From: Trichoplax adhaerens
Lineage: Eukaryota; Animalia; Placozoa
Reading direction: 5' to 3'
DNA: 64,000 nucleotides
NCBI RefSeq assembly: GCF_000150275.1
Contig: NW_002060983.1
Location: 108,353-172,352 of the forward strand
Shown here: in pieces, positions 26,552 to 39,534 of the stretch
Layout of the letters: each line of letters starts with the position of its first letter
How positions within the stretch are numbered: the stretch's first letter is position 1
Made by a program: the position numbers and the translations under genes
The notes under the pieces: generated by a model
Told to the model about the DNA's origin: nothing
The model's database searches: none
Seen by the model: the letters and a program-made list of their open reading frames with translations, nothing else

Positions 26552-27899
26552 AGGTCCTATAATGTTATGTTACTTAACTAGATAAGACTAGGATAAGGAT
26601 GTAACATCAATTACCAAAGCAGCAATCACTTCTAATTAATAAAGCGTATGTTAATATTCATCTAAGCGACTTACTTCCTAAATAACAAAATGTGCACTTT
26701 TCAGATACCTAAAAGAATTTTTATACTAATTCATTTTGTAAAGTAACGACAAATAATAACTTTGGATTTAGGCAACAACAGTCAACAATAAATGTTTATA
26801 GCTATTTATTTGAATATTCTAACATTTATTGACATGGAGAATTTTAATTCCGTAGAAGAAAGCCCTTTTAAAATACTAACCACATTTAATTATTTGTTGC
26901 TAAAATATTGTAATATCATAACCTGATTTATTTAAGTGGGAACTTTAATTTTATAGATTTGGGCTTTGATACGGTATTTCTAAAAGATTATTAAATGATG
27001 CTAACATGCACATTAACATAAGAGTGCAATTTAAAACTCCTAGCAAGAAAGACATGACGATAATATCCAATGACGTTCCTTAGTTCAATGCAATTTACAT
27101 TGTCACCATAAAATCTAATTTATTGTTTAAATAGACATTATTCTGAGTGAATTTACTATGAAATGAAAGATTTACTAAGCTTCAACAATTACGAGTAATA
27201 TTGAAGGAAGAACTATATCCAGTCAGGTGATCTGACTTATATGTAACCAATCGGTAGCCGATAGACTACATACTTACAACTGTGTACATCGTGCAATCAG
27301 CATTACATGATTTACAGATCCAGGAATTCGGAGATTTTACTCATTCTAGTTTTAAGAGATACACTGTAAGTAGGGAAGTTCTTAAGATACCCGTTGAGGA
27401 GAATGTTAGTGGCATGTAAACTTTTATATTGCTAAGAGTAATTCTAATTCTATTTGGATACAAGTTAATAAACGTAACTTGTTGAGATTACACATGTATT
27501 ATTTCATCCCTGAGTCTTTTCCGGATTACCTCGATGTCAACTCATGTATATTCATCGAGGGCTACAATTACAACCGAGTTCACTTAACAAATTTATTTCA
27601 GCGGGTATGGCGGTAGCATGAATGAATAATTGCTTAATAAGCGCGAATTGGCCATCATGTAAAAAAAAGTAGAACAAGTAATTAGTAGTCTGTGGAATTC
27701 AGCAGGGAACTAGGTTCTCATATATCGATGGTATAAAGGATCAAAATACAGGGAGAAGTAGCCTAATTACTATAATGAGAAACAGTTCTTTATTAATCTT
27801 AGCCTGAAGTAACATTTGTGATATATAATTATTCCTAGCCGATGTAGTTTTAATACCAAATTTAAGATCTAACTTTAATTGACCTCTTTATGTACTGGG

Positions 27900-30800
27900 A
27901 AAGTGCATAGCAGTTGCATTGAATATGATGCTCGACTACGATAATTTATTGCAACTATTATGGATATGAATGAAATCAACATTTATGATCATTCTGAATT
28001 ATTAGAATAGTCTCATTATTGCTGTCATAACATTAAAATTACACGTTACATATTTTAGAAATGATTATTAGTTGCGACATTGCTATTAATATCGTAATTT
28101 ATGTCTAAACGAGATTACTGTAGTAATGCGAAGGGAAGTAGACTTGTGTTTCATTGTAAGATGACCAATAATATCGTAAAATAATACATGAAATAAGTCA
28201 ATGTAGTTTAAAATTACGGAACCTAGAAATTAGAATCGTAATGGGTTAAGTATATAGAAAAGTGATGATTTATGAATCTTCAATTACAAAATATGAAGTT
28301 GGTACCGTAGAATGTAGCCTTGAATTGGCTTGTTAAGAATTCTATTGTTAGTCTTGGCTGTATTAGGAAATCTTGTAACCTTTTAGTCCTTTAACGTATT
28401 TTAGACTGATACCAAATTAAGATAAAATGAAATTTTATATAAACGTATGATTCGAGTAGCATGAGATTATTCTTAGAAGATTTAAATTAGGCTTATAGAC
28501 TTTTAACTGATTAGTGAAACCAGTTACGTTCTTTTGCCATACTTTAAAAGATACCGAAACTATTAGTGCTATATAATAGATTTCTAATAAAGCCCTTTGC
28601 CTTTAAATTTGGGACATTTTATCTCCGATAGTGAATTAAATACTAGGTACATCGGTGAAGAAGACTTTACTAGATAGTGTTACTGTTCCTCCTCACGATA
28701 AAAGAAGATTATTAATATTTAGAGTTTTCGGTAGGTAAGTGACAGCGAAAAGAAACCTGTCAGTAGATTTCCAAATTTAGTTTCTATCATTTTTAGCTTT
28801 TGTTCATCACAAATTTAGATTTATATAAACTTTCTATAGAATTTCTTAGCCGACACTTCTTTCTTAAATACAAATTCATGAGAACAAATAACGGAAGAGC
28901 AATTATTGAATTGTGTAATTACCGCAAATATCAACTGAAGTTAGGGAAAAAGCAGCACAATATAATAATTTTAACAACAAGCAAAAACACCTAAAAACTA
29001 CAGTTAGAGTAGATTCACCTTGTCCCCTAAAAAATTCTAAATATTGAAAAGCTGCTCACGATTAAGAATAACTTACTTTTTCTTCATAGCTTCTGAATTC
29101 AATAACTTCGAGCCTCTCATCTACTGATCTATCAAACTAAATCAACTATAATATTCTGTGCTGTATGACAGTGTAATAATGTATTCTCAGTTGATGATAT
29201 ATTTAGTAATGTCTACCGTAGGTGTTGTGTTCAACATGTGATAGATGATCTCGTTAGAGGCTTAAGTATTTAATATAGCTAGCTTAGTAACTGTAATCCT
29301 TTTGAAGAGGAGCGCTACAGTGCTCACACTAGAGCTTTATATGAAAGGTGTAAACTATCCTGTATTTGAGATGCTAATACTGAAGTGTGTAGTGTGTATT
29401 AATTAAGGTGCTAAGACTGTAAACGCGAAAAAGTATATAAGCGAGTAGTTTAGTATAATAAGATAGCTCTTTCTCGTTAGAGGTCCTCAGCTAATCTATT
29501 ACGTTGTATCTTTGTAAAGGAGGTTTTGCTCAATACATCTTAATTTTCTAAAGTTTTGACGATTCTTGATCTATCAACCTCACATTTGCAAAGAAAATGG
29601 TAGTCTCAAATTAAATAACTAGATATTTCGGTTAAATTATAATTTCACAGAATATAATACATAAATATATAGTTACGCCATCTACTATTGCTAATAAAAA
29701 TCGTAGTAAAGTAATCGAGTTTGGAATTTATTTCATTGCTAAATGAAATTTACTGTAATCAGAACAATTGGTGATCGTTAAAAATACAAAGCTTCGTATA
29801 ACAGTATAAAATTAGAATGATAAATTAATAACTGTTGTAGGGGAATTGCCATTTAGTATTGCTTGCAGTACAAATAGAATTCTGAAAATTATTATATGCA
29901 ACTATATTGCAAACCAGCCCGGTAACAAGATAATGTAAATAATAAATCTGCAAATATTCTGCCTGAACCACGTATCAGGCAATCAAATCCGTTGAAGGAA
30001 CATTTGGAACACTTTCCCTAAAAGTACAGTAGTTTCTTTGTGACTCGCATACCTTTAATTGTTCTTAAATCAAATAGTATACTTAAAAATAATTTTATTA
30101 TAAAAACAATACTTGATTTACGTACTTTTCTACAGTAGAAAGAAGTTAAAATTACCAATAATAGTGCTGATAAAAATCAAGTAGTAAGTTCACATTTATA
30201 TGTCTCATTAATACAGCAACATTTAAGACCATATATGTCTGATAAACATCAGAAGATAGCGAGATTATAATATACTCATTTATAAGGTATTAGAGTCACA
30301 ACATACAATCAACTAAGAATTAGTCTCAACCACATTTTTTTATGAAACAAGACGTGTAAAGCATGGACTATCTCGTAAAATAATTAAAGCCATGCCACTA
30401 AGCATTAATAACTTCTCTTTGATAAGAAAGCATCATGAGAAGTAAATATGACAGAGACTTTCTAGGATGGTGAGCCCTATTATCAAGTAATCAGATTTTG
30501 CCTATGCTTGCAAGCGAACTTTCTAATTTTAGATTATTTCCTCGATACAACAAATATCGTACTTAAGTGTTATAAATATCCGAATCAAAATTTAATCAAA
30601 ATTTTCAAATCAATCCTGACGTTTAGTTTACAGATCAAATTAAGGTTATTAATAAAATTCATATTTTTAAGGGCAAAGTGCGTAACAACTCGAAGTAGTT
30701 ATAAATTAATACCTAAATATTTACAATGGAACTCTTTTCTTCAAGAAATTGCTGGATTAAATTAAAATTTGCAATACAATTTCTAAGCGAAACCAGTGTT

Positions 30801-31700
30801 ATCAACATTGATTAAAACTACCGATTATATTGTAGTAAAATTAATTTATTATATACTATAATAGATTATGTTTCAAACAAAAGTTAATTTAATTCCAAAT
30901 AAAGAAATGAACATTGTTTGCTATTTTGCCGTAGAAAAAAACACAACGATTAAGATTACATTAGTCATTATATAAAACATAAAACATAAAAGTTGAAAAG
31001 TTCGCTAGTAAAGATTCTTTACTTCATTTCAAACCATATACTCATATAACTTTATGTCAAAAGAAAAGTTATCGTATTTGTCAGTATGTACCTAAATTTG
31101 GATACGGTTTTGGAAACATGTTTATAGTAAACTAAATAGGCGTCAAGAGCAGGTTATTTTGTTTATTTAAAAATCGAAAAGCAATCTTTCTGGGTCATTA
31201 AAGCTAACTAATTTCTATATTATGATTCTTAAAGAAGTTGCAGACGATTTTTGTATAACCCATTAGCCTAAATGTTAACTATAACAACTTTCTCGAATAA
31301 GCTCTTTCGGCTAGCTAATTATTACATAAGAAAAAAAATTTATTCAATATATGCAAATCCAAAGCGTATACATAAACAAAAATTTCTATTTTGAAATTTA
31401 AAACAACGCCCAGCACGAAAAATAATACATTTTAATTGGACATGATAGTCTAGACGCTAATCGAAATAGGCTGCGTTTATACGGAAGTATTCAGATATAA
31501 AATGCCTGATTTCTCAAATTGCCGTTAACATATAGACCTCAAGAACAATTGTATTGCCATTTTTTACCCACATGCGTTCTAATTTTATTTAAATCGACAA
31601 AATATTTATTAGATCGCAATATTTAATAAATTTATACAATCATTTCACACTTAAAAAATAATTTAACATTTTTTTTGATAAACAGCTGAGAATTTATGCT
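27900..31700 (+). pseudogene. Decayed Ty1/Copia IN-RT fossil (Copia relic 1), interrupted by decayed LTRs
   Basis: Copia order (IN before RT): HSELL (27990; like HSDL), RVFG (28721), SKF...LFI...SRH (SH3-like region), FKQKLI, FAVEKNTTIKITL (30925; like FAPVxKxxTIR), KLN/GVK, VADDFCIT (31237; YVDD), QSVYINK, TTP, IGC...PDFS (31505; like RPDIS). Confidence 0.72.
29905..30370 (-). mobile_element. Very decayed A/C-related LTR fragment
   Basis: TATTGCAAACCAGC..ACAAGATAATG and CCTGAACCACGTATCAGG resemble the reverse-complemented U5 end of A/A2/C; weak colinearity continues to ~30370; no TSD. Confidence 0.5.
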
Positions 31701-32204
31701 CGATATATTTGAAATCTTTCTTTAATACAGTCAATATGCTAGAAAGAATCTGAGCATACTTTAATTTAGGCCGTAATTTTCGATATTAATCTTAATTTCT
31801 GTCATGAACAATTATATCGACTTTGAAATTATAGCAAGTATAAAAATGATTTCATATGTTTTTGTTTATCTTTTAGCTATTTAGAATAACAAAGGTAATT
31901 AATTATTACTCACCTGAATTATACAATAACTTGAAAATCATTTAGATTTCTTTCTCCTAAATTGAAGAAAAATTTCTATTTTTTTTAACTACTAATGGTT
32001 GCGAACACCCTCGTTAGAGTGTTTCGGCCTTGTTTTACTTTCATCGATAAAATACTATGCAAGCTTGCTATAAACTGTTATCGGTAGAGTCAATATTTCA
32101 TATTCTCTGAAATCTTAAATCCAGCTCTGAAATTTCTGTAATTAAGTAATTAATCATTATTAGACGTAATTACGAGCATTTGTAAAAGTTACATGTTATT
32201 GATC

Positions 32205-32845
32205 TGTGACAGTGTTATATACTGTATTAGAGTAGAAATATCTATATTAGGATAATTCTGTTAGCCTATCCTTATTTAGTTAACTTCTAATTTGGACATA
32301 TTGCGTTTTAATATAGCGCTGACTTTTTATAACAGTGACACATACTGTACAGTATATATACATTCTGAATTAATAGTTTTAATCGGGAATGCAAATCATC
32401 TACTTACAGTTCCAATCATTGTGATTGTAACTTACTTATGGTAGATTGTAAATTATCGTGAAAATGTTCCGAGATGGGACATATCGTAATCTGACTATCC
32501 TGTATTAGTCATCACATGTCTATGTTCGTAAATACTGTTGTCTGCAATAAGGGAGCAGTAGCTAAAATTAATATCTAACTCAGTAAATGATTCCAAAGTT
32601 AATCGTACTAACTATGGCTCATGAACTATTGAGGAATAGTATATAAATGCAGTATATCGTGTAATAAAGTGGATTCTCCAACTTAGAGTTTAACGTAAAA
32701 TACGAGGCGCCTAAGTCTTTGTGTAGTCTGCTAGTAGAGCAAAAGTGTTTCTGATAGAGCAGATATTGTTCCTTGATACGTGGTTCAAGGAATTGACTTA
32801 TTGATCGTACATTACGTAATCTTGTTGCAAAGATGTTTTGTGAAA
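32205..32845 (+). mobile_element. Solo LTR, family A (641 bp), with a family B element inserted at its 3' junction
   Basis: Starts TGTGACAGTG; full-length match to the other A copies; TSD TGATC at 32200-32204 recurs at 33403-33407 after the B element and a duplicated GACA. Confidence 0.92.
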
Positions 32846-32846
32846 T

Positions 32847-33398
32847 TGCGATATATACCAATCACGAAATTCCAAATTTTAGAAAAATAAGGGCTTTATT
32901 GAATCTTATACAAAGATTAACTATACACAGCTCTACTCTAGCTGAATACTACTTCTAAAGACTTCTACAACGAACTAACAGAATAATCTAAAGTTGCATG
33001 CTTTTATACTTTTCGTAGCATTCGCAGCTACAATCCGCACGGTAACCTTTTATCTTATTTTACACACAGTTAAATTGTTCTTAGTAACACTATTCTACTG
33101 CGGACCATCATTAATCTGATATGGATACGAATACAGTACTTACGTAGACATTATTCACACCAGCCAAAGTACAATGAATTAACTATATCCTAATATATTA
33201 TTTAAAGTTCCATTTTTTACTTATAGCCTTATTAGTAACTCAACACCTTACTGTATATAATCATCTATGCTCTATCATAGAGTCTATACTACTACAGTCT
33301 ATAGTTATAGCTACCAAATATCTCTTAGGATAAATATCTACCGTACATTATACTAAACATGGCTAACAGTCTACAATCACAATACTAGTTACATTGCA
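32847..33398 (-). mobile_element. Solo LTR, family B (552 bp)
   Basis: TGCGATA...ATTGCA; TSD GAAAT/GACAT (1 mismatch); full-length match to 23634-24185. Confidence 0.92.
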
Positions 33399-34494
33399 GA
33401 CATGATCGTAGCAGACTACATTTTATATCTGAACTATTGAAGCCATACTTGACGGTAATTCTATCGAAATTTTAAGATTACTAGTCGATACAATTAACAT
33501 TTAGTCTTATATGCAGTCAAGATTTCAATATATTATTTTGGAAATTGAGTATGGTTACCGACTTTAGCTTTCAAGTATGTTACACTGATATGTTATATGA
33601 TTATCATTAATTATAAAATTTTGCTAGTGTAATTAGAAAAGTACGATACAGTTTCCTGAATTTTTATCTAGATTTTATATGACTTTAGAGAAAGTTGAAT
33701 TTTGGATATTTTCAATCAGCGCTGAAAGTATAGTACCCTTAAGAATATTTTATCAACTTAATTAAAACTATGACAAAGCATAATAACTAAAATTAATTAA
33801 ATTCATCTGTAAAACTCTAGTATTTGGCATTGAACAAATAGTAGACATAATTGCGACTCTTGTATCCATAGCAATAAATAATTGAATAAGATAAATTATT
33901 TTAAAATACTAAAAATAAGTAAAATTTAATTAGTTTATTTCTTCTCTACACTAAATTTTAATAGAATAAAATTTTTAACTATTCTTTCGTTTCTAATTTG
34001 ATTTTTTTCAACGCAATTATTCTATATCCATATTCAGTATAATCAACGAGGAATATCATCTTCTTCACTTGTAAAGTTCTAGAAAGAATAGGTATATTGT
34101 CATCATAAAGATAGAATAATCGAAAGAATCGTTAATATATAAAACTGATGGCACAATGATTTTCTTTTAATATTGCTTCAAAATTAACACGTTGAATTTT
34201 CAGCTTGGTAGACAGCTCGCTAGAATGTAATAGATAATTTTGATTTCTGGTATTTTAACTCTAAATTTGTTCATCTAAAGATTTTGCTCATGTGCATAAC
34301 CGAGAAACATCAAAGACTAAATAATAAAATACTACGACTAAATTAAATTAGAAAATTCTAGATAGAACAGATCATTTTTGGTTAATTACGGTTATAACTT
34401 AAGAGCACTACATTTGAGTAATCAATATTATATAACTATACTCTTCTAGGTAGTGTTAATCATTATACAGGATTGCATTCGCTCTGGTTACGGC

Positions 34495-35478
34495 ATGACA
34501 TCGAATACAAGTGATTTCAATTTTAATAAATCCCTTCAAGGAATGAAAACTGAAACCATCATTTTATCAAGCATTTGGCTACCTTTATTTGTTCTAGGAT
34601 TTATTGGCAATGTTTTAGTAACTTTAACAGTTTTGAAAACAAAAACTTTTCACTTGCCAATTTACTATTTGTTAGCTAGCATGGCTGTTTCAGATGCTAT
34701 AAGCACATTATCGAGTATAGCTTATTTGCTTTTTCAGTTACTTTATGCTTACCTTGATATGCCGTTAGCCATCAAAACCTGGACCTGCCAATTTAACCTG
34801 GTGATTATATATTTGTCTTATTATACATCAACGCATACATTAACGTTTTTAAGCGTTGATCGCTATTACGCTATAGTCCATAACTATCAAGTCCTTAAAA
34901 ATTCTAGAAAGACTAAATTGGTAATAATAGCGACTTGGGCTTTAGGTTTAGGCATTTCAATTCCAATGATTGAAATATCTGGTGTGTCGCCGTTGTTTCC
35001 GTTTATATGCGATTACATCTATATCTCTACTGTTTTTGGTCGGATATACATTTCTATATTGTTCTTGACTGAAGTTATAATACCCTTTATAATTATGACT
35101 TATTATTACATTAGAACTTATCGCTATATGAAACAGCAAGTTAAAGAAATGTCATCTATATGCGACAATGACAAAGTCGAAAAGCAAAAGAAGGACGCCA
35201 TGAGAATGCTGGTAACAGTTACCGTTGTATTCATTTCATTTTCGTTTCTTTTTCATATCACAAAAATGGTAATGGCCATTACAGCTAGAACTATGATCGA
35301 TGTCTACCTTTATGATATTCCAAATGTTTACTTATACGGTGATGGTTTAGGGGTACTGCTTAATCTTATCAATCCTATACTTTACTGCTTGAGTAGTAGA
35401 TCATTTCGGGAAGCAATGCTTAATGCCGTCCGCGTAAAAGTAACTAGGAATGATATTGTTAGGTCCATAACAATATAA
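34495..35478 (+). CDS. Class A GPCR, orphan (GPCR3), 327 aa from the first ATG; paralog of GPCR2/4
   Basis: The ORF track starts at GTG 34453, but the first ATG (34495, MTSNTS) gives an N-terminus comparable in length to the paralogs. GFIGN, SMAVSD, SYYTSTHTL..SVDRY, PFICDY, EVIIP, NPILY, RSFR. Confidence 0.95.
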   Translation: MTSNTSDFNFNKSLQGMKTETIILSSIWLPLFVLGFIGNVLVTLTVLKTKTFHLPIYYLLASMAVSDAISTLSSIAYLLFQLLYAYLDMPLAIKTWTCQFNLVIIYLSYYTSTHTLTFLSVDRYYAIVHNYQVLKNSRKTKLVIIATWALGLGISIPMIEISGVSPLFPFICDYIYISTVFGRIYISILFLTEVIIPFIIMTYYYIRTYRYMKQQVKEMSSICDNDKVEKQKKDAMRMLVTVTVVFISFSFLFHITKMVMAITARTMIDVYLYDIPNVYLYGDGLGVLLNLINPILYCLSSRSFREAMLNAVRVKVTRNDIVRSITI

Positions 35479-36477
35479 AATTGCACTATTAGGATCTATA
35501 CAGCTTTGTAGAGCAAAATATGGTAAAAGCCAAACTTTTAAAAATAGATATTGCTATTAGCAATCTGTATCATTTAAATTTCTTAACCGCAAAATTATGT
35601 TGTAAAAAATCTCTAAACTTCACTAGTCTGACTGAAGCCCTTCTTTACAAGGGCCTAAACATAGTCAATGTATTTTCTTTTTTCTTGGCTATCTTCACCT
35701 ACAAATTAATAATATTTATTCACTCTCATTTTCATTCTTACACTTTATTTAATCATTATCGCGTCAATATAAATTTAAAATTACGTTAAAATAAAACTTC
35801 AATAAATATACTGTACTTATGCTTGGAGAAAAGTGAAATACAAACTATTCTATTCGGTAGTATTTTATTATTTGCATGTACTCTTGTTCTTGGAAGTAAA
35901 ACTACCGATATTTCGCTCATGAAATACACTTATATGCCACCTTAAAGTAGATTTTTTTACTGGATCTAGCTCAATTTTGAATTCGAACATGCTGTACTTA
36001 ATAATTACTATAGACACTGTCAAATATAATTTCGTCATAAATAAATCATTATCCATAAATTAAAATTTTTCGCGAGACATTATTTTTTATGTTTTCGCAA
36101 TATCCATGATTATTATAATTCTCTTTGTTTCGTCACTCTATCATGTCTGTACTATAAATAAAAATTCAATAAAATTGTCTGAAGTATAACAACTAATAGC
36201 ATTATCACATGTTTGATGAATGCCGTGACATCAATTTATAGCGGTAGTGAAAAGATTATCGTTTAATTAATGATTAATTATGGAACTCATCTCTAAGGAC
36301 TCCAAACTACAAGCGATTCCAGTTAAGAGCGAGACTATTTCAGATCCATAATATAATAGTAGCTTTTCCGTCAATATGACTTTCCATAATAACAGAAGTT
36401 CAACGTCAAAGTTTTTTATTTGCCCAGAAAGTCACAATCTTAATTCTATTAAATTTATCACTCCTAGAGAAAATAGA

Positions 36478-37010
36478 AATTTGATATTTAAATATAGTTC
36501 TGGCTTTTATGGTGATATATACAACCTACTAAAATTAGTAGTTAATTAGGGAATCGAGAATAATCTTCGTACAACTCAAATCACTGTGATTGTAATTTGC
36601 TTATGGCAGATTTTAGATTATCATAGCAATGTTCCGAGATAGAACATATTGTAATCTGACAATTTTGCATTAGTCATTCGATGTCTAAGTTCATAAATAC
36701 TGTTGTTTTCCATTAGGTAGCTGTAGATAAAATTAGCTTTTGATTCATTATCAGGTTTCATCGTTAAGATTACTAACTACGATGTCTTTGATATTGTAAA
36801 AGAGTATATAAATACGATAAATCGTAAAATAAAGTTAGTTCTTATGATTATTGTCTAACGTAAGATACGGGGCGTCTAAGTCTTTTTGTAGTCTACTAGT
36901 ATAGGAAAAGTGTTCCTGAAAGAGTAGATATTGCTCCCTGATACGGGGTTCAGGATATCGACTGATTGATCATGCATTATGTTATCCTATTGCATAGCTG
37001 TTTTGTAACA
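36478..37010 (+). mobile_element. 5'-truncated solo LTR, subfamily A2
   Basis: Colinear with the reverse complement of 9202-9740; ends GCTGTTTTGTAACA at 37010; 5' end and TSD not found. Confidence 0.8.
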
Positions 37011-37685
37011 AATTTTGGGGGTAATTTATAGTAACATTTGCCTTAAAACTTATTGTCAGTATAAAGCAATGTTTAGTTGAAACAAGTTTATATATCACAT
37101 TGTTCATTACTTTAACTATTAATTAATGATAACTTAGCCATGATAATGTTATAACACTTTTGTTATAAAAAGCATACCGTAGAAAATATATCTACAACAC
37201 CTAATAGGGTATACAATTGGGATGATGATCAAGATTTCAGTTCACCTAATAGAGTAGATCATCGTGATAATGATCAATAAAAATAGTTTTGGGTGTTATA
37301 CTGTATTTTTTGTTTTTGTGTGCGCTTCATAAAGAATTCAGTTACTGCAAGATAGGAAAGTAGTATTGCGAACTAACAAAAACTTGACAACAAGTATCGA
37401 ATTCTTTATTTATATCATAAGAGTAGTTATGACACAGCACTATTGATACTTTTAGTCACCTTTAACCTTTAGGAGCAAAGGTACGGTTATGTGCCTTGAA
37501 AACTTTATACCTTAATAATTCAACCCAAGTATAAAGTGTTTGCTAACCTATCTTACTAGTTGTGTCATCTAAATATAAGAGCTTCTGATATGATAATTGT
37601 AGCTTATTTAACTACTTACTACTACTTACCTGTCACAAAGTTAATATTTCATAACTAAATTGTTGTACAACTTTATATAGATACT

Positions 37686-38316
37686 TGTTACAGTGTTAAA
37701 GACTGTATTACAGTAGAAATATCTATGTTAGGATAATTCTGTTAGACTATCCTTATTTAGTTAACTTATAATTTGGAGATACTGTATTTTAATATAGTTC
37801 TGACTTTTTATCACAGTGACACTTATACACATACTGAAATTAATAGTTATAATAGGGAATGCAAATCATCTGCTTACAGTTCGAATCATTGTGATTGTAA
37901 TTTACTTATGGTTGACTGTAAATTATCATGGAAATGTTCCGTGATAGGACATATCGTAATCTGACTATTCTGTATTAGTCATTATATGTCTATGTTTGTA
38001 AATACTGTTGTCTGCATTAAGGGAGCAGTAGCTAAAATTAATATCTAATTCAGTAAATGATTCTAATGTTAATTGTATTAACTATGACTCATGAACTATT
38101 GAGGAATAGTATATAAATGCAGTATATCGTGAAATAAAGAAGAATTGTCCAACTTAGTGTTTAATGTAAAATACGAGGCGTTTAAGTCTTTGTGTAGTCT
38201 GCTAGTAGAGCAAAAGTGTTTGTGATAGTGTAGATATCGTTCCTTGATACGTGGTTCAAGGAATTGATTTATTGATCGTATATTGCGTTATCTTGTTGCA
38301 AAGCTGTTTTGTGACA
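37686..38316 (+). mobile_element. Solo LTR, family A (631 bp)
   Basis: TGTTACA...TGTGACA ends; perfect TSD ATACT. Confidence 0.94.
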
Positions 38317-39534
38317 ATACTGTATTTTGTATTCACTGATAATAACATAATGGAGTATATGTGCTTAAATATACCTTAAACATTTTATGGTAATAATTTT
38401 TGCATTAAGACTTTGTCATAATGTCTTCGCTGTGCCTTAAAATTTTATTTAAATGGTTTCCTTTGCTTATTCTAGAAATTATATTTGCTAGAATGCTCAA
38501 TTATTAAAGTTTGTAAACCAAATTTCGAAAAGATATGATTAATGTTATTTAAACTCTTCTACCAAACATGTCTACGAATTTTACGAATATTATTTCAATA
38601 TAATGAGGTACAGAATTTATTTCTATTCAAATATTTTATCAGAATCTTAAGCTATCGACATAATAGCTACTAAGCAGCATCGAAATTTAACCGTGATGTT
38701 ACTAAAACAGCTATTACCTCGAAGACTTGTACTGACAGATTAAATAAACATGAATAATGTTAATAATTGCAATAAAAACTACGTCCGCAGTATTGTATTG
38801 CACAGGAGACATGAATATTCCACTCAAAAAAAAGCATAAAAGAATTGATGAGCAAAATATTGCGAGCAGATTTTACGTAAATAATAAAATGATAGTCATT
38901 AATTGTTCATTAATGTTTTGAATTTATCATCACCTAATGAATATCAAATCCGATTTTTTCGAAAATTTTATAACAAGGAAGAGCTCTAGACAGTATTCTA
39001 ATAAGTTCGCAAAAGCAATAGCAAATAAAAAATTTCTATTAAATATAACACTATAAAACATTAATGTGCTCGAACATGATACGTTGTAAAGCATGCGACT
39101 GATAGAAAGAAAAAATTACAATAATACGCCCTACATATTACATTATATCTGCAAGATCATCTCCCAATATGTTATAATACAAAACAGCATCAATCACGTC
39201 TAACTAAAAAATATATAGTTTCTTAAATTTTCGCATAGAGTTGAATTTTATTTTTTTGTCACACAAATATATAAATGACTACTGTTTAATTCCAAATTAT
39301 AATAGTAAACTCCATAGTTTACCATAATTAACTTTTTGCCTCGACAGCTTCGCCTTTATTTCTACGGAAAATGTTACATAAGATAATGAAATTTTCAAAA
39401 AGTGTCCTTTTCTGATATATAGTTCATTTAGTAATTCTCAAGAGATTGGTGGAAAACTAGATCAATGATATTTAAATCATTTCTCAAATAATAAATGCTT
39501 GATTACGAAAAGAGGATAAAATTTTATTTCAACT

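Larger units (their letters stand above)
22860..27700 (+). pseudogene. Decayed BEL/Pao pol fossil (RT, RNase H/Peptidase_A17 region, integrase, DUF5641-like end), interrupted by younger LTRs
   Basis: Motifs in order: TLNEISSEVNL (22931; like SLNxxLxxGPNL), LKGFG...IA, DIK, NVNE (23244; YVDD with one change in each of three codons), TxRGI(L)S...HP, KLP*KL*, HFLSVNSTT..YTR (24359), FPLEL (24475; like PRLEL), WI..KTF, LLFK*TLF*VNL (~27120; like LFTCxxxRAVHLE), SQVI/SD..TN, HLTNLFQRVWR, WPSCK/VEQVI (~27650). Confidence 0.72.

Noticed and set aside
34453-34494. GTG-initiated N-terminal extension of GPCR3
   Set aside because: In a eukaryotic context the first ATG at 34495 fits the paralogs, and the upstream sequence contains acceptor-like sites (CTCTTCTAG, TATACAG).
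34957-35139. Short ORFs overlapping GPCR genes (34957, 40027, 44400, 58452, 59228, 1674)
   Set aside because: These are shadow frames of real coding sequence or AT-rich noise, with no recognisable motifs.
37773-37964. 63-aa Cys-containing ORF repeated at 37773 and 52268
   Set aside because: It is inside family A LTRs, starts at TTG, and is disrupted in the 8286 and 32205 copies.
8286-38316. Pairs of same-family LTRs as the two ends of giant elements carrying GPCR genes
   Set aside because: Each LTR has its own TSD on both sides, so they are independent solo insertions.
38700-39100. Possible LINE AP-endonuclease remnant (GDMNIP at ~38805)
   Set aside because: There is only one convincing motif, and the flanking matches are too weak to call without a profile search.
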